Counted from the stretch's first letter, positions 9,206 to 18,405 are shown. The stretch is DNA of 29,113 nucleotides from Polyangiales bacterium (GCA_038231275.1 JBBRLQ010000054.1:1-29113), one strand, 5' to 3'. Translations and numbers: made by a program. The notes: generated from the sequence alone by a model not told the origin.

Positions 9206-10411
9206 ATGTCCTGTCCGCGCCTCCTCGGGGTTGCCCTCGCGTTGCTCTCCCTCGTGATGACCCTCTCGGTCGCGCGCGACGCTCGCTGCGATCCTCCGGG
9301 GCCGCGCGCCTACCCGGTCTACGTGCTCTCGGTCGACACCGAGGACGCCGACGATCAAGGCGAGGCGCTGACGGGCGCGCTCCGTTCGCGTGTGCGCGGC
9401 GCGCAGGGCTTCAGCCTCTCGGAGACGACGGTGACGCTCAGCATGCTGACCGCCGCCCTGAAATGCCCGCGCGTTCCGGACGCCGCGTGCCTCGTGAAGA
9501 TCGGCGACCAGCTGAAGGCCGATCGCTTCATCTGGGGCACGATGCAGAAGGCCCCGGGCAACATGGTGAAGGTGGACCTCCGCCTCTGGGCGCGCGGCAA
9601 GCCCGAGGTCGTGGCCAGCGACGCGTACACCGACAACCTCAAGGATCAGAACGACGAGCGGCTCCAACGCGTCGCGCAGCGCCTCTTCGATCGCCTCAGC
9701 GGCGCCTCTTCGGGCGGTTCGCTCGTGATTCACGCAGGCGACGCAGGGGGCCTCGTGATGGTCGACGGCCAGCGACGCGGCACGCTCGACAAGGGCGAGG
9801 CGACGGTCGAGGTCCCTTCGGGCGTCCACGCGGTCGAAGTGCGCGTGCCGGGCTATACGTGGGCGAAGGAGTCGGTGACGATCACGGCGGGCAAGGAGGC
9901 GCGGCTCAACGTCACGCTCGTCCCCGAGGGCGGCGCCGCAGGTGGACTGGCGACAAGCACCGGGCCGAGCGGGCGCAAGATCGCGGGCTGGGTGGCCGTG
10001 GGCATTGGCGCCGCGCTGCTCGTGACGAGCGGCATCGAGGCGATCTCGTGGGCGAACAAGAAGTCGAGCGCCGAGAACGGATTCGATCCGAACCTGTACG
10101 GCGGCAAGCCGTGCTTCCCCCTCTTTCGGAACCCGGCGTCGCCGGACCCCAAGGCGGTCGCGGCGGCGGCGGATCTCTGCAAGAAGGACGATGATCTGAA
10201 GCAGACGAGCACGCTGGCATACGTCTTCGGCGCGGCGGGCGCAGTGGCGACCGGCGTCGGAATCTACTTGCTGATAACCGATGGCGGCGGGAGCGAGAAG
10301 CCGGCGCCGAAGTTCGAGGATCGCGCGGCGCGGAACGCGGGCCCGACGGTGCGTCTGGTGCCGTCGGTGACGCCGACCGTGCAAGGCTTGCTGCTGCAAG
10401 GCTCGTTCTGA
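9206..10411 (+). CDS. Exported PEGA-domain protein with two C-terminal hydrophobic helices
   Basis: Signal peptide; PEGA-like GGLVMVDGQRRG...VPSGVHAVEVRVPGY...LNVTL; two TM-like segments flanking a Cys pair; terminal strand GLLLQGSF. Confidence 0.8.
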   Translation: MSCPRLLGVALALLSLVMTLSVARDARCDPPGPRAYPVYVLSVDTEDADDQGEALTGALRSRVRGAQGFSLSETTVTLSMLTAALKCPRVPDAACLVKIGDQLKADRFIWGTMQKAPGNMVKVDLRLWARGKPEVVASDAYTDNLKDQNDERLQRVAQRLFDRLSGASSGGSLVIHAGDAGGLVMVDGQRRGTLDKGEATVEVPSGVHAVEVRVPGYTWAKESVTITAGKEARLNVTLVPEGGAAGGLATSTGPSGRKIAGWVAVGIGAALLVTSGIEAISWANKKSSAENGFDPNLYGGKPCFPLFRNPASPDPKAVAAAADLCKKDDDLKQTSTLAYVFGAAGAVATGVGIYLLITDGGGSEKPAPKFEDRAARNAGPTVRLVPSVTPTVQGLLLQGSF

Positions 10412-10420
10412 ACCTGGCGT

Positions 10421-10444
10421 AAGCGCCTTTATTTAGGCGTTTTT
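10421..10444 (+). terminator. Intrinsic terminator after PEGA gene
   Basis: AAGCGCCT-ttattt-AGGCGTTT stem running into a short T tract. Confidence 0.55.
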
Positions 10445-10470
10445 CCAAGTTAAGCTTCGTGCTTCACTTG

Positions 10471-10518
10471 AACGAACGTTCGTTATTGAAACGATCGTTT
10501 GACGAACGAACGTTCGTT
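10471..10518. promoter_or_regulatory. Triple palindromic operator, probably bound by the downstream TetR
   Basis: AACGAACGTTCGTT (10471-10484), AAACGATCGTTT (10489-10500), AACGAACGTTCGTT (10505-10518); all perfect palindromes with centres 17 bp apart. Confidence 0.8.
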
Positions 10519-10526
10519 GTTATCAT
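10499..10526 (+). promoter_or_regulatory. sigma70 promoter of the OYE-tetR operon
   Basis: TTGACG-N16-TATCAT with an extended -10 TGn; operator 3 fills the spacer. Confidence 0.7.
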
Positions 10527-10535
10527 CACCGCACG

Positions 10536-11810
10536 ATGTTGAACGTCCCGCTTCGCCTCCCCAACGGTTCCGTCCTCCGCCACCGCGTCGCCAAGGCCGC
10601 AATGGAGGAGGCCCTCTCGGATCCCGCCGAGAACCCCACGTCGGAGCTCGCGCGTCTCTACGCGCGCTGGGCGGAAGGCGGCGCTTCGCTGCTCATCACC
10701 GGACACGTCATCGTGACGCGCGCGGCGCGTGGCCGCCCCCGTGACGTCGTGGTCGAAGACGATCGCGCGCTCGGTCGGCTCACCGCGTGGGCCACGGCGG
10801 CGCGCAGCGGCGGCGCCGAGGTGTGGATGCAGCTCAATCACGCGGGACGCCAGACGCCGAGGCACGTAGCCCGCGTGCCCGTCGCGCCATCGGCGGTCCC
10901 TGCCGTCAAGATGCTCGCGAGCTTCGGCAAGCCGCGCGCGCTCCGCGAGGACGAGATCGAGGACATCGTCGCCCGCTTCGCGCGTACCGCGGCGATCGCC
11001 GAGCGTGCGGGGTTCACCGGCGTGCAGATCCACGCCGCGCATGGCTACCTTGTCAGCCAGTTCCTCTCTCCGCTCACGAACCGCCGCGAGGACCAGTGGG
11101 GCGGCTCGATCGAGAACCGCGCGCGCTTCCTCCTCGAGATCGTTCGCGCCGTGCGCAAGGCGATCAAGCCCACGACCGCGGTCTCCGTGAAGCTGAACAG
11201 CGCGGATTTCCAGCGCGGCGGCTTCGACGAGCACGACTTCCGCGAGGTCGTGCGGATGCTCGACGGCGAAGGCATCGATCTCCTCGAGATCTCGGGCGGC
11301 AACTACGAGTCGCCCGCGCTCTTCAAAGGAACGAGCGCGAGCACGAGCGCGCGTGAGGCCTACTTTCTGGAGTTCGCGCGCGCGGTCCGCGGGCTCACGA
11401 AGGTCCCCATCATGGTGACCGGCGGGTTTCGTTCGCGCGACGGGATGGAGCGCGCGCTGGCGGAGGGCGCGGTCGACGTCATCGGCCTCGCGAGGCCGCT
11501 CGCGCTCGAGCCGGACCTTCCTCGACGCCTCCTCGACGGGACCGCCGAGCGGTCGCGCGTGACGCCGAAAGAGGTCTTCTTCAAATCGCTCGGCGCGTTG
11601 GCCGACGGCGCGTGGTCCTGGATGCAGCTAAGGCGCATGGCCCACGGTGACGCCCCCGATCCGGAGCTGTCGACATGGGGCTCGCTCCTCTACTATCTCT
11701 TCTTCGACTTGCTCCTCTCCAAGACCAGCATCATGCGACTCGGGCGCAAATCGTCGGGCCAAAACGCGCAAACGGCGGGAGCCATCCGCGAGAAGGCAGG
11801 GGTCGCGTGA
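10536..11810 (+). CDS. NADH:flavin oxidoreductase (old yellow enzyme family)
   Basis: KAAMEE, QLNHAGRQ, GVQIHAAHGYLVSQFLSP, RxDQWGGSIENRARF, KLNSADFQRGG, EISGGNYE, GLARP. Confidence 0.92.
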   Translation: MLNVPLRLPNGSVLRHRVAKAAMEEALSDPAENPTSELARLYARWAEGGASLLITGHVIVTRAARGRPRDVVVEDDRALGRLTAWATAARSGGAEVWMQLNHAGRQTPRHVARVPVAPSAVPAVKMLASFGKPRALREDEIEDIVARFARTAAIAERAGFTGVQIHAAHGYLVSQFLSPLTNRREDQWGGSIENRARFLLEIVRAVRKAIKPTTAVSVKLNSADFQRGGFDEHDFREVVRMLDGEGIDLLEISGGNYESPALFKGTSASTSAREAYFLEFARAVRGLTKVPIMVTGGFRSRDGMERALAEGAVDVIGLARPLALEPDLPRRLLDGTAERSRVTPKEVFFKSLGALADGAWSWMQLRRMAHGDAPDPELSTWGSLLYYLFFDLLLSKTSIMRLGRKSSGQNAQTAGAIREKAGVA

Positions 11811-12439
11811 AGCGCGCGGTCAAGGCGGCGCCGCGCCGCGATCTGCGGGTCGTTCGCGGCGAAGAGACGCACGCGCGCATCCTGCGCACGGCGATGGATC
11901 TCGCGTCGACCGAGGGGCTCGAAGGCCTGACGATCGGACACCTCTCGACCTCCCTCGGCGTCAGCAAGGCCGGGCTCTTCGCGCATTTCGGATCGAAGGA
12001 GGCGCTCCAGCTCGCGACGGTGCAGGCCGCGCGCGGCGTCTATTTCGCAGCGATCGTGGAGCCAGCGCTCGACGCGCCCGAGGGGTTGCCGCGCCTCGAG
12101 CGCCTGTGCCAGGCGTGGCTCGACTACGTTGAGCAGGAGACGTTCCGGGGCGGGTGCTTCTTCTCGTCGGCGTCGGCGGAGTTCGACTCGCGGCCGGGCA
12201 AGGTGCGCGATCTCGTCGCGCAGACGATGCGCGAGTGGCTCGATTTTCTCGAGAGCGCGATCACGGACGCGATCCGCCTCGGCCACGTGAAGAAGTCCGT
12301 CGACGCCGCGCAGATCGCGTTCGAGCTCAACGCGCTCGAGATGGGCGGCAACTGGGCGAAGCACCTCTTGCTCGATCCGGCTGCGATCAAGCGCGCGCGC
12401 GTCGCCGTGATGAGCCGCCTCGACGCGATCCGCGCGTAG
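11807..12439 (+). CDS. TetR/AcrR-family transcriptional regulator
   Basis: GTG overlaps the OYE stop (GTGA); HTH GLEGLTIGHLSTSLGVSKAGLFAHFGSKEALQ; C-domain GGCFF..EFDSRPG. Confidence 0.92.
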   Translation: MKRAVKAAPRRDLRVVRGEETHARILRTAMDLASTEGLEGLTIGHLSTSLGVSKAGLFAHFGSKEALQLATVQAARGVYFAAIVEPALDAPEGLPRLERLCQAWLDYVEQETFRGGCFFSSASAEFDSRPGKVRDLVAQTMREWLDFLESAITDAIRLGHVKKSVDAAQIAFELNALEMGGNWAKHLLLDPAAIKRARVAVMSRLDAIRA

Positions 12440-13254
12440 GGGTGCGGCGACTCCTCGTCTGATCCGGCGACGTCGCGGAGCGAGTAGCGGCCGGGGGCCT
12501 TGCCGCGGAGGAAGGATGCCGCGACGACGGCGCCGTGCGCGAAGAGATCGCGATTCGAGGCCTTGTGAACGAGCTCGACGCGCTCACCGGCGCCGAAGAG
12601 CGAGACCGTGTGGTCGCCGATCACGTCGCCGCCGCGCACGGCGTGCAGGCCAATCTCGGCCGACGGTCGCGGGCCGGGCCGGCCGTGACGCCCGTTCACG
12701 AACGTCGCGGCGTCCGCGCGCGCGTCCCTGGCGATTTCTGCGAGGCGCATCGCGGTGCCGCTCGGCGCGTCGGCCTTCTGGCGATGATGCACCTCGACGA
12801 CCTCGACGTCGTACGACGGACCGAGCATCTCGATCGCGCGACGCAGAAGGACGCCGAGCACGTGAACGCCGAGGCTCATGTTGGGCTCCCACAAAATCGC
12901 CGCGCGCTTCGAGGCGTCGTCGAGCGCGAACGTCGCGGGCGCGTCGAGCCCGGTGGTCCCGCTCACGAGCGCGAAGCCGGCGCGCGACGCGGTCTCGGCG
13001 GCCAACCGCGTCGCAGCGGGCGTCGAGAAGTCGATGCACACCTCGACGTTCGCGCCAGCGAGCGCGCCGATCGCGTCCGTCACAGCCACGCCGATCCCAC
13101 CAATCCCCGCGAGATCGCCGACGTCGCGCCCCACGTCGGTGGCCGAGACCGCGCACACGATCTCCATCCCGGCTTCGCGCGCGAGACGAACGACCGCGCG
13201 ACCCATGCGCCCGCTGGCGCCCACCACGCCGAGGCGCAATCCGGGGCCGCTCAT
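12124..13254 (-). CDS. dapB: 4-hydroxy-tetrahydrodipicolinate reductase DapB; homology ends near 12463 but the frame stays open to 12124
   Basis: ATG overlaps the dapA stop; GASGRMG, IDFS, SGTTG, PNMSLG, EVHHRQKADAPSGTA, RGGDVIGDH, FAHGA, YSLRDV. Confidence 0.92.
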   Translation of the reverse strand: MSGPGLRLGVVGASGRMGRAVVRLAREAGMEIVCAVSATDVGRDVGDLAGIGGIGVAVTDAIGALAGANVEVCIDFSTPAATRLAAETASRAGFALVSGTTGLDAPATFALDDASKRAAILWEPNMSLGVHVLGVLLRRAIEMLGPSYDVEVVEVHHRQKADAPSGTAMRLAEIARDARADAATFVNGRHGRPGPRPSAEIGLHAVRGGDVIGDHTVSLFGAGERVELVHKASNRDLFAHGAVVAASFLRGKAPGRYSLRDVAGSDEESPHPYARIASRRLITATRARLIAAGSSKRCFAQLPPISSALSSNAICAASTDFFTWPRRIASVIALSRKSSHSRIVCATRSRTLPGRESNSADADEKKHPPRNVSCST

Positions 13255-14147
13255 CCTTCGTGCCCTTCGAGGACCGACGCGAGGGCCTTCTTCGTGGCGT
13301 CGCTCGCCGGGAAGAGCGGCCCGCGCACCGCGTCGGCCATCTTGCCGCGCATCGCCAGCGCCGCCTTCGCGGGACCCGGGTTCGCCTCGAGGAACATCGC
13401 CTCGTGCACCGGCACCAGGTCGAGGTGCGCCTTCAGCGCTTCCGCGTTCTTGCCGTCGAGCGCGAGGCGCGTCGCGCGCGAGACCTCGCGCGGCAGGATG
13501 TTCGACGTCACGCTGATGACCCCGCGCGCGCCGACCGCGATCATCGCGAGCGTGAGCGCGTCGTCGCCGCAGAGGACCGAGACGCGCGCCCCCAAGCGCC
13601 GCACGATCTCTTGCGCACGCAGCACGTTCCCGGTCGCCTCCTTCATGCCGACGACGTTCGGCGCGTCGTTCACGATCCGCACGAACGTGTCGCACGACAG
13701 GTCGACGCTGGTGCGGCCAGGGACGTTGTAGAGGACGACCGGGCACTTCACGCTGCCCGCAATGGCGACGAAGTGGCGGTGGAGCCCGTCTTGCGTCGGC
13801 TTGTTGTAGTAGGGGACGACGACCATCACCGCGTCGGCGCCCGCGCGCTCCGCGTCTTGGGAGAGCTCGATCGCGGTCTGCGTGGAGTTCGACCCGGTGC
13901 CAGCAACGACCTGCACGCGTCCTGCGGCGCGCTTCACGACGCGGCGGACGATCTCCTTGTGCTCCTCGTGCGTGATCGTCGGGCTCTCGCCGGTGGTTCC
14001 GCAGGGAACCAGGCCGGTGATTCCGCCAGCGATCTGCGCGTCGACGAGCGCGTCGAGCGCGGCCCAGTCGACGTCGTACGGCGCGGCCGCCGCGAAGGGG
14101 GTGACGAGCGCCGTGTACGTCCCGCTCAGCGTGATGCCTGTGCCCAT
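13251..14147 (-). CDS. dapA: 4-hydroxy-tetrahydrodipicolinate synthase DapA
   Basis: ALVTPF, CGTTGES, PYYNKP, LYNVPGRT, GMKEA (Schiff-base Lys), GDD, NPGPAK. Confidence 0.96.
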   Translation of the reverse strand: MGTGITLSGTYTALVTPFAAAAPYDVDWAALDALVDAQIAGGITGLVPCGTTGESPTITHEEHKEIVRRVVKRAAGRVQVVAGTGSNSTQTAIELSQDAERAGADAVMVVVPYYNKPTQDGLHRHFVAIAGSVKCPVVLYNVPGRTSVDLSCDTFVRIVNDAPNVVGMKEATGNVLRAQEIVRRLGARVSVLCGDDALTLAMIAVGARGVISVTSNILPREVSRATRLALDGKNAEALKAHLDLVPVHEAMFLEANPGPAKAALAMRGKMADAVRGPLFPASDATKKALASVLEGHEG

Positions 14148-14156
14148 GCCGGTTTC

Positions 14157-15755
14157 TTAGCCGAAGAATCGGCGCAAGTCCTCTCCTCGGAGATCCGCCA
14201 AGAAGTTGTCCCGCGCGCAGACGTCGTCGAGCCACGCCGCGTCCTCGCCTTCGATCTTTCCGGTCTCCACGAGGTGCCCGAGGTGGCGCAACCGGTGCGT
14301 GTGCGCGCGGATCCGCGCGGCGGCGTAGCCCATCGTCGTGCCGGTCTTGAGGATGAAGACCCAGTCGCTCGATTGCAGGAGGAGGAGCTCGCGAATCGTC
14401 TGGTCGAGCGCCTTGCCGCGGAGGCCGTCGGCGTTGCGGTGCTGCCGGACGAGCGAGCTCGTGTACCGCGTCGCGTGATGCACATGGCGCCACGACCACC
14501 CCGCCTCGGGGCTCACCCACACTTCGCCGTACCCGCCGGCGCCCCACGTCGACGCGCTCGGCGTCGCTTCGACGTTCACGGGGTGGCGATCGAGGTACGC
14601 GTTCAGCGTGATCGCTTCGACCTCGCCGTTCGTCCGCATTAGCTGGCGAAAGACCGCCTCGAGGAACATCGGCCCCTCGAACCACCAGTGGCCATACAGC
14701 TCCGCGTCGTACGGAGAGACGACGATCGGCGGCGCCGTCATCGTGCCCGCCAGGTGCCGGATCTGCGCAGCGCGGTTGAAGACGAAATTGGCCGCGTGCT
14801 CCGTCGCCTTTTCGCGTGCGACGCCGGGTTGGTACGGCTCCTTGTCGATGTCTTTGCCGGTGATTCGGTAGTACTTGAGGCCGGTCATGAGGCGCGTGCC
14901 GTCGTCGCCGACCTCCCCCAAGAGCTCGCTCACGGGCAGGTCGAAGCCGATGTCGCGGTAGAAATCGCGGTAAAACGCGTCGCCCGGGTATCCCTCGTCG
15001 CGCGACCACACCTGCCGGCTGGACTCGGCGTCGCGCCCGAAGAACGAGACGCCGCTCGGGCTGACGATCGGCGCATGCACGCCGAAGGGAGGGCGCGGCG
15101 AGGCGTCGGTGATGCCGTGGGTGTCGACGAGCGTGAAGCGGATGCCGGCGTCGCGAAGATCGCGATCGAAGCTGGGGTGGTACGCGCACTCGGCGAGCCA
15201 CGCGCCCATCGGACGCCGGCCCACGATGCGCTCGAAGCCGCGCACGCCGAGCTCGAGCTGGGGGCGAATTCCTTCGCGCGCGGGCAGCATCCCGGGCAGA
15301 TAGCAGTGCGTCGCCGAGCACGTGAGGAGCTCGAGGCGCCCCGCGTCCCAATGCCGCACGAACCCCGCGAGGACATCCCCCTCGTAGCGCTCGTACACGC
15401 CGCGCATGCGGGCGAGCTCGTCGACGTAGAAGCGCGCGACCGGTCCAAAACGCGCGTCGTCGGCCAGACGCTTCGCCTCTTTTGCCGCGAGCCGTTCAAT
15501 GCGCGCGAAGTGATCACGAAGGCGCGCGCGAAGGAGCTCGTCCTTCATCATCGCGGCGAGCGGCGGCGTCACGCTCATCGTCACGGCGAACGGCACGCCG
15601 TCCTCCGCCAGCCGATCGAACGCGTCGAGCAGCGGCAGGTAGCACTCGATCATCCCCTCGAAGAACCAGCGCTCCTCGAGGTGCCGCGCGTTCTCGGGGT
15701 GGCGCACGAACGGGAGGTGCGCGTGCAGGACGAGCGCGAAGTAGCCGAGGGCCAT
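14157..15755 (-). CDS. GH57 1,4-alpha-glucan branching enzyme (DUF1957-type)
   Basis: [24 protein letters not shown] (nucleophile Glu), [24 protein letters not shown] (acid/base Asp), QSSDW. Confidence 0.92.
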   Translation of the reverse strand: MALGYFALVLHAHLPFVRHPENARHLEERWFFEGMIECYLPLLDAFDRLAEDGVPFAVTMSVTPPLAAMMKDELLRARLRDHFARIERLAAKEAKRLADDARFGPVARFYVDELARMRGVYERYEGDVLAGFVRHWDAGRLELLTCSATHCYLPGMLPAREGIRPQLELGVRGFERIVGRRPMGAWLAECAYHPSFDRDLRDAGIRFTLVDTHGITDASPRPPFGVHAPIVSPSGVSFFGRDAESSRQVWSRDEGYPGDAFYRDFYRDIGFDLPVSELLGEVGDDGTRLMTGLKYYRITGKDIDKEPYQPGVAREKATEHAANFVFNRAAQIRHLAGTMTAPPIVVSPYDAELYGHWWFEGPMFLEAVFRQLMRTNGEVEAITLNAYLDRHPVNVEATPSASTWGAGGYGEVWVSPEAGWSWRHVHHATRYTSSLVRQHRNADGLRGKALDQTIRELLLLQSSDWVFILKTGTTMGYAAARIRAHTHRLRHLGHLVETGKIEGEDAAWLDDVCARDNFLADLRGEDLRRFFG

Positions 15756-15825
15756 GCGCGCACGGTGGTCGCCGTTCGACGAGGCGGAGTCAAGGACGCG
15801 CGCGCGCTCGCGCTAGCGCCAGGCT

Positions 15826-15872
15826 CAGCGCTAGGGCCAGCGCTAGGGCCAGCGCTAGGGCCAGCGCTAGGG
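15826..15872. repeat. 12-bp tandem repeat CAGCGCTAGGGC, about 3.9 copies, with degenerate flank to about 15805
   Basis: Exact copies at 15826, 15838, 15850 and a partial one at 15862; it includes the stop codon of the cytochrome gene. Confidence 0.9.
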
Positions 15873-16565
15873 GTTGTGGACGTCGCCTTGTCCGCCGCCG
15901 ACGTGGCAACCGTTGGCTCCGCAGCCGCCCGCGGTGGTCGCGGCGACCATTCCGGTGGCCGACGCGCCGTTGCGAACGCCAACCTTGTAGTTGCCGCCGC
16001 CGAGCGCCGTGCCGAGGATGTAGAAGTACCCCGCCGCGTTGGTGTACGCCTGCGCGACTTGCGTGCCCGCCCCGTCGACGACGCGCACCTCGACTTGGTT
16101 GGCGGGACCTCCGCCGGCGGCCTTGACGTAACCGCCGACGGTCATCTCGTTGCCGGCGCCGCCGTTCTTGTGGCAGCTGAAGCAATCGTGGTTCGGCGGC
16201 TCGTTGTCGGCGGTGCCGTGGTTTGCGTTGGTGGTCGCCTGGCCCGGGGTCGCGACGTACTTGGGCGCGCCCTTGAAGGCCGCGGGCACCGGCGGACCCG
16301 CGTCGAATCCGGTGTCGACGCCGGCGTCGACGATTCCGCTCGAGCCACTGGAGCCGCTCGAGCCGCTTGTCGTGCCGCTCGAGCCGCTCGTCGTTCCACT
16401 CGCACCGCTGCTGGTGCCGCCGCTCGTCGCGCCGCTGCTCGCTCCGGTGTGCGGGGTCTTGTCGGTGATCGAATAGGCCCCTGGATCGGGCGCGCTGCAT
16501 GCTGCGGCCAGGAGACCGCACCCCATCCCCGCCACCAGGATCTTCCAAAGCGAGTGAAATCGCAT
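15867..16565 (-). CDS. Lipoprotein, probable diheme c-type cytochrome with Ser/Gly linker and central carboxypeptidase-regulatory-like beta-sandwich
   Basis: SD GGAGG; lipobox LLAAA-C; S/G/T tract; CFSCH; V.VRVVD...TNAAGYF; C-terminal CGANGCH (CX4CH). 232 aa, buried in a longer ORF-track entry. Confidence 0.75.
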   Translation of the reverse strand: MRFHSLWKILVAGMGCGLLAAACSAPDPGAYSITDKTPHTGASSGATSGGTSSGASGTTSGSSGTTSGSSGSSGSSGIVDAGVDTGFDAGPPVPAAFKGAPKYVATPGQATTNANHGTADNEPPNHDCFSCHKNGGAGNEMTVGGYVKAAGGGPANQVEVRVVDGAGTQVAQAYTNAAGYFYILGTALGGGNYKVGVRNGASATGMVAATTAGGCGANGCHVGGGQGDVHNP

Positions 16566-16880
16566 GCAGCCTCCGGGACTTACGAGAACCAGCGCGCCGC
16601 TCCGGGAACGCGGAGCCGAGGCGTGCTCGGGCACAGTGAAGTCCATCGGAGCAAAGGTCGCGCCGACCAACAAGGGGCGCCGGGCGACCGATCCAATGGA
16701 CCTCGAGCGATCCGATCGTGCGCGGATCTGCTTTACAATGGCCGCGTCCTCCATATACTCCCGCGTCCCCAGGTCGTAGGAGCTCCCGAAAACCAGGACA
16801 ATCCTCCGGATTCGTTGCACTTTCCCCGCCGCGTCCCGCTTCTCGCAAGAGGGCGGAGCGGCTCCCAAGAGGGGTTTCCC

Positions 16881-17192
16881 ATGTACGCGGTGATCAAAAC
16901 GGGCGGCAAACAGTACCGAGTCGCCCAAGGTGACAAGCTCAGGATCGAGAAGCTCCCCGGCAACGTCGGCGACAGCGTGACCTTCGGGGACGTGCTGCTC
17001 GTCGGTGAGGGCGACAGCCTCAAGATCGGCGCCCCGATGCTCGCGGGCGCCAAGGTCGAGGCGAAGATCACCGAGCAGGACCGGGCGAAGAAGATCATCA
17101 TCTTCAAGTTCCGTCGCCGAAAGAACTACCACCGCAAGAGCGGGCATCGTCAGCCCTTCACCGCGGTCGAAATCACCGGCATCAACGGTTAA
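16881..17192 (+). CDS. rplU: 50S ribosomal protein L21
   Basis: [14 protein letters not shown]...FKFRRRKNY...GHRQPFT; 103 aa. Confidence 0.98.
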   Translation: MYAVIKTGGKQYRVAQGDKLRIEKLPGNVGDSVTFGDVLLVGEGDSLKIGAPMLAGAKVEAKITEQDRAKKIIIFKFRRRKNYHRKSGHRQPFTAVEITGING

Positions 17193-17207
17193 AGGCGGAG
17201 GAGAACA

Positions 17208-17468
17208 ATGGCTCACAAAAAAGGCGCAGGCAGCACGCGCAACGGCCGCAGCTCCAACGCGCAGCGTCGTGGAGTGAAGGTGTACGGCGGCGAAGCAGTT
17301 CGCGCCGGCAACATCCTCGTTCGTCAGGTCGGCGGCACCCTCGCGGCCGGCAAGAACGTCGGGCTCGGCAAGGACTTCACGCTCTTCGCCCTCATCGACG
17401 GCGTCGTGAAGTACGAATGGCGCACGAAGGACCAGCGCAAGGTCTCGGTCTACCCCGCCGCCAACTGA
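17208..17468 (+). CDS. rpmA: 50S ribosomal protein L27
   Basis: [14 protein letters not shown]...GNILVRQ...[16 protein letters not shown]. Confidence 0.98.
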   Translation: MAHKKGAGSTRNGRSSNAQRRGVKVYGGEAVRAGNILVRQVGGTLAAGKNVGLGKDFTLFALIDGVVKYEWRTKDQRKVSVYPAAN

Positions 17469-17487
17469 GCGCGGCGCGGCTCGTGAC

Positions 17488-18348
17488 GTGAGCCTCGCGC
17501 GCATCAAGCTACTCGCCGTCGATCTCGACGGGACGCTGCTCGACACGGCCGGGAGGCCGCACGAGAGGGATCTGCGCGCGCTGCGCACTGCGATCGACGC
17601 GGGCATCACCGTGACGATCGTGACGGGCCGCCTCTATTCGGGGACGCGCCCGAGCGCCGCGGCGCTGTCGCTGGTGGGTCCCGTCGGGTGCGCGGACGGC
17701 AGTCACCTCGTGCGCGCCCACGATCACGAGACGCTCGTTCATCTCGGGATCCGAGGGGACGCCGCGACGGCAGTGCGCGAGAGCCTCGCCGCGCACGGCG
17801 CCGCCGGCTTCTTGTTCGTACGCGAGCGGATCATCCACGACCAGGGTGGTGATCCCTTCGTCGACTACGTTCGTCTTTGGTCCAGCGACATTCAACGCAC
17901 GGCCGATCTCGGATCGCATGAGGCGTGGGAAGGCGCGGAGGCCGACGCGGGGGTCACCGCGATCGTCGCCGTGGGGACCCGCGAGCAAATCGCGCGGACG
18001 TGCGAAGGGATGCGCCTCGGCGCGGGCGACGCGGCGCAGGTCGTCTCGTTCCCGCTGAGGCGCTCGCCCGGGATGTGGGGCCTCGTCGCCCGCGGCGCGG
18101 GCGGGACGAAGGGAACGGCGCTTCGGTGGATCGCCGATCATCACGGGATCGCGTACGAGGAGACGGCGTGCGTCGGCGACTGGATCAACGACATCCCGAT
18201 GATGCAGGCGGCCGGACGGTCGTTCGCCATGGGTCAGGCCCCGGACGAGGTGAAGAAGCACGCGACGGTCGTCCTCTCGGAAACGTGCGAAACCGGTGGG
18301 GGAATCGCCCGAGTCGTCGAGGAAGCGCTCGGCGTCGAAATCCCGTGA
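17488..18348 (+). CDS. Cof-like HAD-superfamily hydrolase
   Basis: Motifs DLDGTLL, VTGR, TKG, GDWIND..M...FAMG. Confidence 0.88.
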   Translation: MSLARIKLLAVDLDGTLLDTAGRPHERDLRALRTAIDAGITVTIVTGRLYSGTRPSAAALSLVGPVGCADGSHLVRAHDHETLVHLGIRGDAATAVRESLAAHGAAGFLFVRERIIHDQGGDPFVDYVRLWSSDIQRTADLGSHEAWEGAEADAGVTAIVAVGTREQIARTCEGMRLGAGDAAQVVSFPLRRSPGMWGLVARGAGGTKGTALRWIADHHGIAYEETACVGDWINDIPMMQAAGRSFAMGQAPDEVKKHATVVLSETCETGGGIARVVEEALGVEIP

Positions 18349-18376
18349 CCACACTGTCCGACGCGGCCCCGTGCGC

Positions 18377-18405
18377 TTGCACGGGCGGCGCGAAGGCGCT
18401 ACGTT
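18377..18405 (+). promoter_or_regulatory. sigma70 promoter of the feo operon
   Basis: TTGCAC-N17-TACGTT; predicted +1 near 18412, at the operator edge. Confidence 0.55.

Noticed and set aside
10471..10518. Repeated palindromes as a mini-CRISPR or integron att site
   Set aside because: Units are only 12-14 bp with 4-bp gaps, no cas or integrase nearby, and they overlap a promoter next to a TetR.
12124..15351. 1075-aa minus-strand ORF as a giant DapB fusion
   Set aside because: The portion upstream of 13254 is an Arg-rich alternative frame over GH57 and dapA; dapB starts at the ATGA junction.
15826..15872. Tandem repeat as a CRISPR array or a coding LALALA peptide
   Set aside because: No spacers, and the ORF crossing it (15790-16848) is an off-frame shadow.
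16335..16445. GCCGCTCG-type short repeats
   Set aside because: Explained by the Ser/Gly/Thr linker codons of the cytochrome lipoprotein.
14688..17192. 834-aa plus-strand ORF ending in L21
   Set aside because: Only the last 103 aa are L21; the rest is antisense shadow, expected in high-GC DNA.
15867..17609. 580-aa minus-strand ORF
   Set aside because: N-terminal part is antisense to rplU/rpmA; the real gene starts at 16565 with SD and signal peptide.
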